Notes under the pieces: generated by a model
What the model was told of the DNA's origin: nothing
The model's input: the letters and a program-made list of their open reading frames with translations, nothing else
Database searches by the model: none
Origin: Tubulanus polymorphus
Taxonomy: Eukaryota > Animalia > Nemertea
NCBI RefSeq assembly: GCF_964204645.1
Contig: NC_134025.1
Location: forward strand, 23,974,299 to 24,038,298
Length of the DNA: 64,000 nucleotides
Direction: 5' to 3'
Shown: piece after piece, positions 38,201 to 50,400 of the stretch
How positions within the stretch are numbered: the first letter of the stretch is position 1
How the letters are laid out: every line of letters begins with the position of its first letter
Made by a program: the position numbers and the translations under genes

Positions 38201-41200
38201 CGGATCTAGAAATTTGAGCAGAGGGGGTCAAGCGCAGTGTTTCCCAGATATAATCTTTTTTATATTTCAATGAAAAATGCATTCATAAAAATGTCTGCAT
38301 TTCCTTAAGTAATTTCTGGCAGACGCTGTATCAGCAATCGATAAAAGATTTGAATAATGGTTAGTTTCATTGTTAATATGATTGATATCGCTATCAGAAA
38401 ATCTTCGAACACAGAATGGCTAAGACCCCCTTGGATCTGCCCTTGATATATCAGCGATGCTAAGAAAATATACACTGGTAATCCATATGACACCTCGAGA
38501 TAAACTAGAAATTTTGGATATTCACGTAAATAACACTAGACTTAGAATTCATTCACTCTAAATAATTTGGTGGTTTATCAAAATGTTCATGTTACTATCT
38601 AATCGAACGATTACGGACTCAAAAATTTGTGTCATCACTGTGATAGATTGAAATTAAGGTCTTTGAAAAAAGCCAGAAAAAATAAGGCTTAGCTAACGAC
38701 TAGCACAGTAGTTCTAGCATTGAAAAATCATATCATTCCAACACAGAGGTCGAGGACAGTATCATTTACAAGGCCGAGTTACGATATCTGAAGGTGAAAT
38801 CGATTAACCAATTGCCTTTTCTAAACTAACAAAATGATTGCTAACACTGAAACAAGAGCTACGCCTCACCTTTCAAGAATAAATATCAATTAAGGGATAC
38901 TCCTGGCAATTACTAAGGATGGTACAACCAGCGGGGAAAAAGCTACCGGGGCCGGATTATCCATTCATGTTATTTCCATGGCAACCCAGTGATATGTAAT
39001 GTTTGGGGGCTGGCTATTATAGGAACACCATCTTTAGTTATAACGGGGCATAATGTTTCCTACCGCGCCGGATCGACTTCATATTTGGAAAAAATGTCTG
39101 TTAAGTGTGCATGAAAAGAAACCACTCACGACAAATTCAATTACACTGAAGTAGAGGGCGAATATGAATGGAAGATACAGCAGATGAAATCAGGTATAAT
39201 GTATGCAAATGTTTTAAAGGCCAGAAAGATTGTGTAGAAAAGCAGCAGTCAAACTTCTCTTTGTGGAATTATCGGTCACATTCTTTTAACATATCAGCCC
39301 ATTGTTATTTTGCATAAATGGCGAAAAATGAATAGAATTAATCACTTGAATACTCATACTGCTAAGATGTTCTAAAATACAAATAGATGAAGTAGAAGTT
39401 GATCACCTTTTCTTCCAAGTCGAAATGCCCTATTCAAGAAAAGGGGGTTCATGGGCCCTTCCTAGAACCTTCCTTGAACCCACCCCCAACAGTAGCATGT
39501 GCTTGATGTAAAAACATACAAATGAGTCGCTCAAGTGTACCGGTACTCGTTAATTTCAATCAGCCTTTAGTTAAACATTTCCGATACCCAAACGCATATC
39601 CTTGATGAATTAAACATGAAGTCAATTCATATGTAGCCATCAATATACATAGGCCTATATATATATATCAGAAGTAAATAACAGAATTTTTCCAATGTAG
39701 TATATTCAGGATCTACAAAATTGACTACCGACACATAGTTCAAACAATAGTTCAAAACAAGCATAGGTAGGCCTAATTCATTTCAGGGTCAGATTTAGGG
39801 ATGGTCTCGGGGGTCAGGACCCCTGCGTTCCTGAGGTGGCCCTTTTTGTCAAGTCAAAGATCATTAAAAACACCAAATTTTCAAGTCATCCTTCGGTAAG
39901 AGCAATTTTGGACATATTTCTTCAAAAACATCTGATACAGAGGGTGGGACCCCACTAATAGCCTAGGAAATGACTTTTTATCTGAAATATGCCTTTTCTC
40001 TTCTTCCGGATCCTGGCCTTTCAAATTTCCTAGATCTGTCCCTGCATTCATCATAGTTCCTCAGGATACGCATCTAGAAGCCTCAGATTTTTCAGGGACA
40101 AGCAGTGGTTCTTCCAGGGCTCGCAAAAGGGGCACACGGTACTGTTTAGAAATGATGTGCCCTGGGAAATTTCTCTTGAAAGAAATCCATATTGTTATTA
40201 CTTGATTATTCGAAGTTTGTCAATGCAACTACTAAGGGCGGATCAAAGAGGGGCCCATTTTTGAAGAGGCCACTTGATATTTTCAAGTATGTCCTTTTTA
40301 TTGGAGGCAAAGCCGATAGCCCAAGCACCACAGCCAAGATGCCCAATGAGGGGTTAATTGAATTTGCAGAAAAAAAGCTTTAAAATGTCTGTAAGGATAT
40401 CATCAGTGTTAGTTCTTAGCCCTACTTTTTATTGAACTTGGAAAATATGAAAATTAAAACTTTACAATAACATTTTCAATCCCATTCTTCGTGGATGGAG
40501 TGTTTCTAATGTCAATTTTGCAGTTATACTGGGTACCATGAATTAGAGTCAGAAAACTGAGTTTGTCCTGGACCATTGATGCTTTCATGTAACAGTTTTT
40601 AAACATCGCATCATACTGATGTTATTCAGTACTAAATGTTTTGTACTGCTCGGTGATAGCTGAAAAAAAATCATTCATTTGATGGCATATTTTATCATAA
40701 TCGTCGTACCGAAATCTTTGGTTGAAGTGTATATAAAGTATAAACTATTGTAATGAATAAATGAAGAAAAAAATTTAAAAGATAGCAGTGATATAAAGAC
40801 TCTGAAGGACAATTGGTAAAAAAATGGAGCATAAATCTGCCCTGACTACTATCATGCATGCCCCTGGATCAACCCTGACGAAGAATCCATTTTCTAAGAA
40901 GAATTTTTAGGAGGTATCTTTAATTTGAAGTATACCCACATTACATGGTTTCCACAGCTATATGAATTCAAAATTCCCAAGTTTTCCCCCCAAGTATTTC
41001 ATGGGTGATTTTTCAATTTTCCCAAATGGAAATGAACACATATCCTCATGCTACAGTCAACATTTTAGCGGTGACTGGTTGATAAAGGTGGAAGAAAATT
41101 GCCCTTGGGCTTGGCAAATGCGTTATGTGAATTGAAATGTAATGAAGTATTTCCCTGATTTGAGGAAAATTTTAAATTCCCAAATATTACCAAACCGGGA

Positions 41201-41764
41201 ATTATTATTTCAAAATTCCTAAGTTTTTCCCAATTTCCTTGTTCTGTGGGAACCATGACATTACAGCCTCAAAATCTGCAGTACTGTGTCATTTCAAATG
41301 ACAGTGAAGCTGGACACCAGTTTACTTACCCAATCAGCATCAACTTCACAAATACAGTTTATGGCGCCAATATTATCATTGTTCATGGCAAAGATCAAGC
41401 AGTTGTACCCGTCTTCATCTTGTATTTCTAAATCCGCACCGCTGTGTATGAATAATGATAACAGCGAAGCATTTTCGTAAAATACGGCCCAATGTACGGC
41501 TGTCCGTCTTTTTTGATCTTGTAAATCTAAATCAACGCCATGTTGCAACAACAATTCACAAACTTTTTCATGGTCTATACCGGTGTCTTCATTTTTCTTA
41601 TATTTTCTAGCTCCTTGCACGGCATGAATGAGAGCGGTGGCCTTATCCCTCGAGCGACAATTGATCTTGAAGTTAACTGACCGGGAATGTCTCGTTAAGA
41701 AATCCTTCAATTCTTCCCATTTGCCGGAAAAGGCGAGTTTCAGCAATTGTTTCGATACATCCAT
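26294..41764 (-). CDS. Inversin-like ankyrin-repeat protein with IQ-like motif and long acidic/low-complexity tail
   Basis: Many ankyrin repeats over successive exons (RTAVHWAV, RTALHIAI, GCTALMLAC, GYSCLHLSV, HTVVHWAT, YPIHYAA, QPLLWAAS, TALHCAAS, EYPLHEGA, RTCLHVAA), then AAKTIQRNLRK, an acidic 1.3-kb exon, and a terminal exon 26294-26499 in matching phase. 3' exon structure less certain. Confidence 0.85.
29273..29547. mobile_element. piggyBac-type MITE (275 bp)
   Basis: TTAA|CCCTTTCAGTGC ... GCACTGAAAGGG|TTAA: perfect 12-bp TIR, CCC/GGG ends, TTAA TSD; three internal 19-bp hairpin palindromes. Confidence 0.9.
37676..37870. mobile_element. MITE with GGGCCA.TTG TIRs containing a nested CAT...CATG mini-element (37704-37763)
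   Basis: Left GGGCCAATTGTTGAAGAG versus reverse complement of right end GGGCCAGTTGCTCAAAAG; nested insert with CTAGTTTATA repeats flanked by GTTAGAG/ATTAGAG. Confidence 0.6.
39784..40044. mobile_element. MITE with CAGGG..AGAT.TAGG TIRs
   Basis: CAGGGTCAGATTTAGG ... CCTAGATCTGTCCCTG; flanks CATTT/CATTC. Confidence 0.6.
40944..41257. mobile_element. MITE with 14-bp TIR and ACATTA TSD in intron 1 of the ankyrin gene
   Basis: ACATTA|CATGGTTTCCACAG ... CTGTGGGAACCATG|ACATTA. Confidence 0.8.
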
Positions 41765-41900
41765 GAGTGAACACAGTGTTAAAAGGCACGAATGGTTTCA
41801 CATGACAAATCACCGACAACGCCGACACGCCGGCCTTAACAACAACAAAACAATCGAAAAATGCCATGCTGTCAGATCCATGCATGATTTACTACGGGAG

Positions 41901-41913
41901 GTGGCGCCATCTA
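41901..41913 (-). promoter_or_regulatory. CTCF-like core upstream of the ankyrin gene
   Basis: Reverse strand TAGATGGCGCCAC, the same 13-mer as in the site at 22006-22018. Confidence 0.4.
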
Positions 41914-42330
41914 ACATTATTGCTTTAATCTACACATTTTGATCATAGAGTTTAGTTCTATCATTTATAAATCATACCCATAAAGGCAAAGCATAGCCTA
42001 CTTCAATGGACCAAAAATTGCTGATTATAGTTTTTCTTCCTCCACTGAATTTAGTTACTAAGACTAAGTGGCACAATGAATAAAATCGAATTGATCGGAC
42101 GATACTCTCAAACTCGCACCATTATTACTCGAAAACTGGATAAGTCTCGTACCGCGAGCTTCGCATGACAATCGATACACGATATGCGTGATCAGCTGTG
42201 ACGGTCGTTGAATTATCAGAATTCGTGCTCATTGGTCAAATATAATGGTAAGTATCAATATGGTCTATTTAAAGAGCTTATAAGATATGACTGATATTCG
42301 GAATGCTTTTACTTTTTTTCGTGCCGCAAT

Positions 42331-43212
42331 ATGTTCCACTTGACTGAGTGGTCATCCAGTTCGACTATTGTATATAAAGCATATCTTGAAAACATAACGT
42401 CCATGCACTCAACCCAGAACTGGTGCACAAGTCTCCACTCACTTCTGGAATGCCTCGACCTCTCAGGTGTTTGGTGCAATCAAGGGTCAAACCATCCAAA
42501 AAAGATAATTAATCTACTGCAGTCTAAAATAAAAGCTCTTTATTCTTCCATTTGGCTCAAAGAAATTATGACTCAAACAAAAACCCAAAACTCCGATCCT
42601 ACAAACTATTTAAATCACGCTTCATTATAGAAAATTATATTGTTGCCAACAACTTCACAAATCGCCGCGAATTCTCCAAATTACGCCTTGGGTCCCATCA
42701 TCTCCGTATTGAAACTGGACGACATCACAAACCTCCAATACCGGTTCCCGATAGGATCTGTCAATTTTGCTCAGATCAATCTGTTGACGATGAACTGCAT
42801 TTTCTGATCAACTGTTCATACTCCGACAGTGCCAGGTCTGATATTTTCACGTATTTGGACACTTTTACCGATTTCAGGACCATGTCTCACATTGATAAAT
42901 TCGCCTTTCTGATGTCTTACAATAACAACGATCCCGAAATTTCCACAATTGTTTGCGATTTGGTCAATAAACTGGTCAAGCTAAGACTCGACTCCATTTC
43001 ATAGTAATTCCTCAGCTTTGCGACTGAGGGCGCTTTTCTAATTATTTCTTGTATAAGTTCTTGTTTTTTGATTATGCTACTATGTATTATGTATTCTCTA
43101 TTTAATGTCATTCTTTAATGTTTTGTCCTGTAAATTTATTGCATGTCTTATCCTATGTATAAATGTTATATACGGCGCAATAAATATAAGTTCAAGTTCA
43201 AGTTCAAGGTCA
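42331..43212 (+). mobile_element. 5'-truncated, frameshifted non-LTR retrotransposon (LINE; RTE-X/CR1-like ORF2 C-terminus)
   Basis: KLRSYKLFK..ENYI..KLRLGSHHLRIETGRH...RICQFC..VDDELHFLINC (C-terminal CCHC-type motif); two overlapping ORFs indicate a frameshift near 42560; T-rich 3'UTR, AATAAA at 43179, then (AGTTCA)3 tandem tail. Confidence 0.85.
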
Positions 43213-44495
43213 TCCGGTCATCTACTAACTATCGATCGGCGACCCGATCTCGCGTATCAGTCGTCAGTCAGTAACCTGTCTGTGGTTGAGTTTCACAATA
43301 CTCCGATATATTTTCACAACAGCAAGCCCATCCGAATATAAAAGCTAACAACAGTATCCTCTGATTGAGTGCTGATCTGCTGATATGATAGTGCTGTTGA
43401 ATCTAAGCCCATTTGATTTACCACAATGATAGGTAACTTAACTAGCAAACTAATTAGCAAAAAAATTTTGAGTTCTCACTCGTTTTTATGATGAATAAAA
43501 AGTTTTCTCAATTTTATGTTTCTATTTACTTGAACTTTTTATTACCGGTAGGCCTAATCATGAATAGGGCCTAATTGAATAGAAATGTTGAGATAGGGGG
43601 GCCTAAATCAAATTATATTATCAAATGTAAATGATGTCCCCACAATCTTTTGACAAAAAATGGAATCATTTATTTCAAGAAGATTTTTCTGAATTTATGT
43701 CAAGTCAACACAGAACAAAGAAAACTTTTTGATAATCGCAAATGATTTGAGATATCTCGATATACTATCAAATTTTCATTTTTTCTAAATGAATTTAATT
43801 TTTCTGTACACTGAAGCAAGTTTAAGGACCATACTTTCAAAAGGCCAAAGTTATCATTTTAAAGAATTGCATCTGATAAAGCTTCATTCAGTGATTGTAG
43901 GGTAATTTTTACAGATCTATAATGAGGGGTTCAGCAATGAGGAATAGGGCCGCTAAAGAAAACTGCAAAAATGTATGCAAAAGAAATGTAATTGCTGCAA
44001 AGATGGTGTTAGATTTTATAAATAAAAATGTAAAAATAAAAATCCTATTTTTTAGATTTTTCATTTTTTAGAAAGCTTGGTCTCATTGCAGTGTGGTCAA
44101 AAATGAATTGTTGCTTGATTTTACAGTTCGGCTTGAACTTCAGCCAACATGATGCAAGCACCTTTGCCATAAAGTCTTGAGAAATAACTCATTAATTATT
44201 GATTATTGCTGAATTAACCTGTTATAATTGGCGTTATACATGAAGACTTTACTCATTCGATCTATTAAAAATGCATAACAATTCGCTTATAGATCTTTCT
44301 AACGGAATTCTGAATCAATGCAAATCAACCAGTGGTATATATACACGACTGCCACTGTGCGCGGCTATGTTTTTCACATCATTAGATTTTGTTTAGTGGC
44401 TTGCATTTATATGTTTTTCACAGGTACTGCGTGCAATATTGGAAAACTCTGGATGTTCTACTCTTGAGTTGACTGTTAGTGGTATATGACGTCCG

Positions 44496-47400
44496 ATGTC
44501 GCTGGCAAGCATGGCGGCTATTCGCTTCATCATCGGGAGTTTATTCGTAATTTCGGATATTTTTCTGGCAGAGGTGATCGCGCAAGGGAATTTTCCGCGA
44601 ATTTTCAACGTGGAATTATGGAAACCGATCACGACGACTCCTGTTCAAAGCACTTGCGGAATACCAACTCGGACAACATTTTGCCAAAGCGCAGCTGATG
44701 TAACCGCGACGACGAAAAACTGCCCGGGTGACGAATTTTGTATCCAGGATTGTCCGGTTCGCACGAATTTTCCTCCGTTTTCTTCCTTGCTGTCGGATAG
44801 TTCTTTGCCGACTTGTGCCATAAGAGACACCATCAATTTAAGACCTAATAGTATTCAAGGGGCGTATTCTATACATTTCCAACCCGCGCCCAGCGGTAAC
44901 AAGGTCTGTTCGTTGTCGCCGACATCGGCTGTAAGTTTAGGAGCAAACGCAGCTTTTACGATGAGTTTGTGGTTTCAGTTAGACAACTCAGCAGCTGGGT
45001 AAGTGATCAGTTTTTTATGACGATAAAATTTCAATTATTCCATTTTCGAACTAGTAAAACTTCAGGTATACGCTTTACATTTTATTGAATACTGGGAGAT
45101 AATTTATTTATCATTTGAATTCAGTGAAAAAAAGACTTGTTTCATCCCTGATATCGCGTAAGCTATACCTATATGTATATTGAGTTAAATAGGCCTATGG
45201 CTTAACGTCGACGCGATATAATCCGAAGTCAAAAATATTGACAACTTTGCGAATGATACTTACACTCGCGGAAAATCGATATGTGAAGGGTTGTTATAAT
45301 GACATTAACATGGCAGGTCTGATGATTAATTTTCTCTTCCCGCTGAATAATGCCTGACTACCAGTAATCAAACCCCACCTCGGCCCTTAGTTACCGGATG
45401 GTCGAGATGTTGTTCGTCGGTGGGTATTTTTCAAATTAAAGAATTCTCGAACAACGCGCTAGCCCCATTAGAATGTTGACCAATCTATCCCAAAATCCAA
45501 ATCTATCCCGAAAAAAGAAGGAAGATGCTTATAAGCCGGCTAATATTTAGTAGTTGGTCGACTACTTATTACAGATTATTTGAAAAAAATTAATGAATTA
45601 CTTGTTGCAAATATGATCATTTCTGATTTTTAGTTTCAGCTAAGATGAAACAGAAAATTCTATGAATTTTTATAGATAAATTTTTCTAATCAACTTCATT
45701 ATATTTCTTCCATTTTTCCTAACTCGTTAAGATATTTGATTCCGCTAATGGAAGTGTTTGAAATTTCAGAACGCTGATAGAGAAGACGTTGAGCGTATCC
45801 GGTGGATTGATATTTCGAGTGGTCGTAAATACTACGACGGTTACATTTTTCTACCGATCTTCGCAAGGCGAGAAATCAGCCTTACTGACTGAGACTATTA
45901 CTCCTAATACCTGGCATTATCTGGCCATACAGGTAAGCCTAATGTTGTCGATATAATGAGAATTATATTTCATCTTTACGAATATGTTTTCTCCCTAGAT
46001 AAAGATATGATACAATATATTTGTAGCCTTCTAGATAATGATGATTACACAGAAATCGGGGAAAAGTCATGGATTCTTTTTTTCTTTGAAAAAGTCAGAG
46101 AATAGTGAGGGAATTTTGTAAAAAAGCTAAATATCAAGGAAAAGTCAGGGAATGTTTTTTAGATTGCCAGATCACGCGTAAAATCAAAGTTTCCATCTTT
46201 ATCCTATGTATTTGTGTTAATTGAGCGGATTATTAGCAGATCAAGTCAGGGAAAACAGTGTGCATGTCAAGGAATAGTCAGGGAAAGAGCAACTCAAAAA
46301 AGGGCCACAGTTACAGTTATCAACCTATCCATTAGTGCCATTAGGCCTATAATGCTACGACAAATTTTTCCAAGATAGTGAGCAACTATCTTGGACTTAG
46401 GCCTATCCCAAGTGTGAGTTATTGATAGATTCATTCCATAAATTATTGATGATGTTTTGGCAGAAATTGCCTTATAATATGTTAAACAGACGTTGAGGTG
46501 TTGCTAATCTCAGACTTCTATGTAAGCGACAGATGTTGTTATATGTGCGACAGAAGGCTGTATAGATTCTCAGAATCAGACGTAGTTTTTGAATCTCTCG
46601 ATGACGCATTTTTATCGAAAGAAAGAACCATGTTCGTGACGAAATAAATGATATGTATGTCAATGTATGGTGAAGAGTAAATTGGAATCATGTTATTTGG
46701 TCTAGAACAGGGTTGCCACTGACCACTCAGGGAATCAGAAAAATCTGGGAAAACTCATGAATTTGACAATTTTTACTAAAAACCTGGAAAACTTGGATAA
46801 TGTTAATGACCACCTGTTTCTTTATGAGTATGCGATTCGATGGAAAATGAATGCGTTGTAACATTTTTAACCTAGAAATTTATCTGATTCACGCAGGGAA
46901 TTTTGTGTAATCGCGTGAAAAAATAGGGAAAACTCAAGGGATTTGTAAATGGGTGGAAAGTGGCCACCTTGTAGAATACAAAGTGTATTTTCAAAGACTG
47001 ATCGGTGTGAGTGAATATCTGCTTTCGAGTTGCTTTTCATTCCATCTATCAATAATGCCTGTGATGCATTGGATTGCACCAAAAAAGACTGCAAGAAAAT
47101 TTTCAATGGCTTCATCGGGCCATTAACATCGGGTCGTCTTAACTGGTCGAATCGGCTATTTTCACTGCGTAACAACCTTGGTTTTCTTATATAATGTCCA
47201 TAGCTATCTCGAACCTTTCATGTTTCTTAATCATGATCCACAGTTTTCCGAATTAACACCAATTTCCATACATAATGAATACAACACACGATCGCAAATA
47301 AGCAATTCGAAAAAAATCTATACCAATTTTGCCGTGCTGCCAGTATTGGCTACATGGCGGTATTATTTCATTACGCGAAGCATGGTTTCGTATTGTTGAT

Positions 47401-50400
47401 CGGCGTTTCGCACGCATGATCTTATTCGCGTACTACATCATTGCTTAATTACAGATCGACTTCGAAATATGCCCGTCACACTCATAAATATTGCATTACG
47501 TGTTATTGAACTTTCGTGGCGTTTATTAGCATGCGACTATTTGGTTATTTATTGTACTTTAACTCGAAGTGAACTTTTTTGAAAAAGAAAACTCGAACAA
47601 GAGAAAGATTTTTGAATTGGTTTAAGTCTTTATTTAGTAGCCTATGTAATGTTGATGTATCAAATGGTATCAAAATGGCAATGAAACTCTCCATACAGCA
47701 ACTGCTGCTATCAAGAGAAAGACGTAAACAGCAGAACCCGAAAGATGGAATGAGAATTACTTCCTATATAAACCTTGATTATTAGAAATTTTGTAATCTT
47801 TTGTTGGTTTGATTCGCAAACGTTTTAGAAAAGCATTTGAATTTTGTTGTTGAATTTTCAGTCATATCCATGAAATGATTCTTTTCATATTTGTTATATT
47901 CAGTTATTAGTAATGATTTGTCTTTTACCCATAGGTTTACAGTACATCGTGTAGTTTCTTTTTTAACGGGCTCCGCCCTGGCTTTGCTGCCACTCAAACT
48001 ATCACATTGCCTTTACCCATATTTGATGGACAAGGAACTGTAAAAGTTGCCAATAATGCTCAAGGTAATATTGACTTGGTGGAACGTGAAGTATTATTAG
48101 TAAAGTTCTGAATATTGTCGTTATTTATAGAATATCCTTATTGTTTATTTAAAAATCTTTCAGGCAATGGACAATTTTTCGGTCGTTTGCAAGACTTCAA
48201 ATTTTACTCGTACACATTGACGAATAGAGAAATTGGTGAACTTTATTCCGGTGTGTTTCCGTCCGTTCCCCTTCAATCGAATTGTCGATGTCCGGCTACC
48301 CATCCTCGAGTCCGTCCTCAAAGTAGCCGATACTGTATCAGAAATGGCGTCCCTAATGATAAAACTGGTAATTGCAATTTTACTGTAGTAGAATAGACAC
48401 TCTCTGACATGAAGAATAAATAATGAGTTTAAGTTAAAAAATATACAAAATTTTTAAGATAAAAACATCGTTTATGAAAAATTAAAATCAAAAGAGAGAA
48501 CATTTCGAGATCATCGTCTGGTGATAATTTGAAGTATTGTGTCTTTTGATTTAAATTCTTTCGATAAATAAGATTCGTTTTTAACCTTTTAACTTTTCTG
48601 TATTTTTCTGGATTTTGATATAAAATTTTACTGTCTTTTTTACATCTTAAAGTTTAGTTGTAAATTTGATAACTTACTTTCATTTCTGCTTTCAGCTGAT
48701 GAAGTTGTTCGTTTGAATAACTATTCTCATCCACTCGGTTATCTAAACGACGGAGACAGTTCAACATTTTGGGTATCGTCTGATCTCAATGAAGTGACAT
48801 TAACTGTTGATTTACTCGATCAGTTCCAGGTATAGACTTGATAATTAATAGTATCAGTTGTTTGAAGTTATTATTAAAAAACCTATTGTGTAGAAATTGT
48901 TCACTATTGTTTATGTCTTTAATGAAATTACTTTTTTGAAAAATGTTTACCAACTTCATACATTGATGCTAATCGTAATCCTGCTAATCCTGTATTCATT
49001 TCAGATATTCTACGTTGTGTTAACTTTCTACAGCCCGATGTCACAGTCGATAATCATTGAAAGAATGAAGGATAGTGCTAGCCCGTGGACAAGATGGCAA
49101 TTATATGCTACTGACTGTAAAAAGGAGTTCAACGTCGCCAATAATGGTCAACTAAATACACCGAATGCAGTAAACTGTATTCAGATCGGCAGGTAAGATG
49201 AGCATTGATGATTTTTTTTTGACGCCATGAAACCGTTACAAAAATGTTTTTATATTTCGGCTTAAAAGTGCCTCCTTTAGAGTTGTGAACCTGATATGAC
49301 AATATGATAGCTACTATCCATTTTTTGAGGGGTAATGTGTGAGTCAATGTGCACTACATCAGAATGTTAGGCCATTGTTATGTAGTTTGAATACCAGACA
49401 ACGCAGTGGTATGCTACACACTGTGCAGAAAGGGTTGAGTCCTGGAATGGTATTAGTTTGATTTCTTTTGGTTTCTGTGTGAGTGTGCACTATGTCATCG
49501 ATATGACTGGTTGCCGGTCAATTCAATTCAGTCGATATTCAAATCCAAAATAACTATTGGTCCTCAATATTATATAATTCCTATTATACTATTTATTGTC
49601 CACACTGTTAAGCAATATGTTATTTTCCAAGGCGTCAAACTTTCAAGTTTCTGTACATTGATATTCTTGGGCGTTTTCAATTACAGCCAATATGTACCGG
49701 CACTAATGAATCAAGGCAATGTAACGTTCAATCTGTTATCTCAATATCCCGGCGAACGCCCGGGCTATATGGATTTCTATAATACACCACAATTGAAAGA
49801 CTTTGTTCTCGCTGAAAAAGTTCGAGTCACGTTGAAAGGACATCTGTCGCAATTGTACTTGTATTACGGCCTCTTTCAGTACATAATCATTGGCAGGTAT
49901 GAAAAAAACCTTCACGTTATTTCTACCCATCTTTTTACTCAGCAATTAGTTCTGTATGCAAAAGTATAACTGATGATATTTTTCTCTGGTACATGCAGGT
50001 GTCAATGTAATGGGTACGCAAAATCATGCGACTTGTCTGCTTTACCGTATAAATGTCAATGCGATCCTCTCAGCAACACAGAAGGGAGTCGGGTTAGTAT
50101 GCGAATGCGATGAAATTGAAATAGAAATGTTTAAGAATTGAAATTTGCAAGTTTTGAATGTATTTATCGATCCTGTGATAAAACTATGGTTTCATGAAAT
50201 TTCAGTGCGATAGGTGCAAGCCGTTATTCAATGATAAACCATTTAAATCCGGCATGCAGGATAAGGCGTTCAACTGTAAACCCTGTCGATGTCACAATCA
50301 CGCCTCGAGTTGTAGATACGACGCGAGTTTAGATTCAGCACCCAACAATCACGATGCGGGTGGCGGCGGAGTTTGTATAAATTGTCAACACAATACTACC

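Noticed and set aside
46472-47399. ORFs within a long USH2A intron as a possible nested gene
   Set aside because: Short, partly overlapping a MITE, no recognisable motifs or consistent splice phases.
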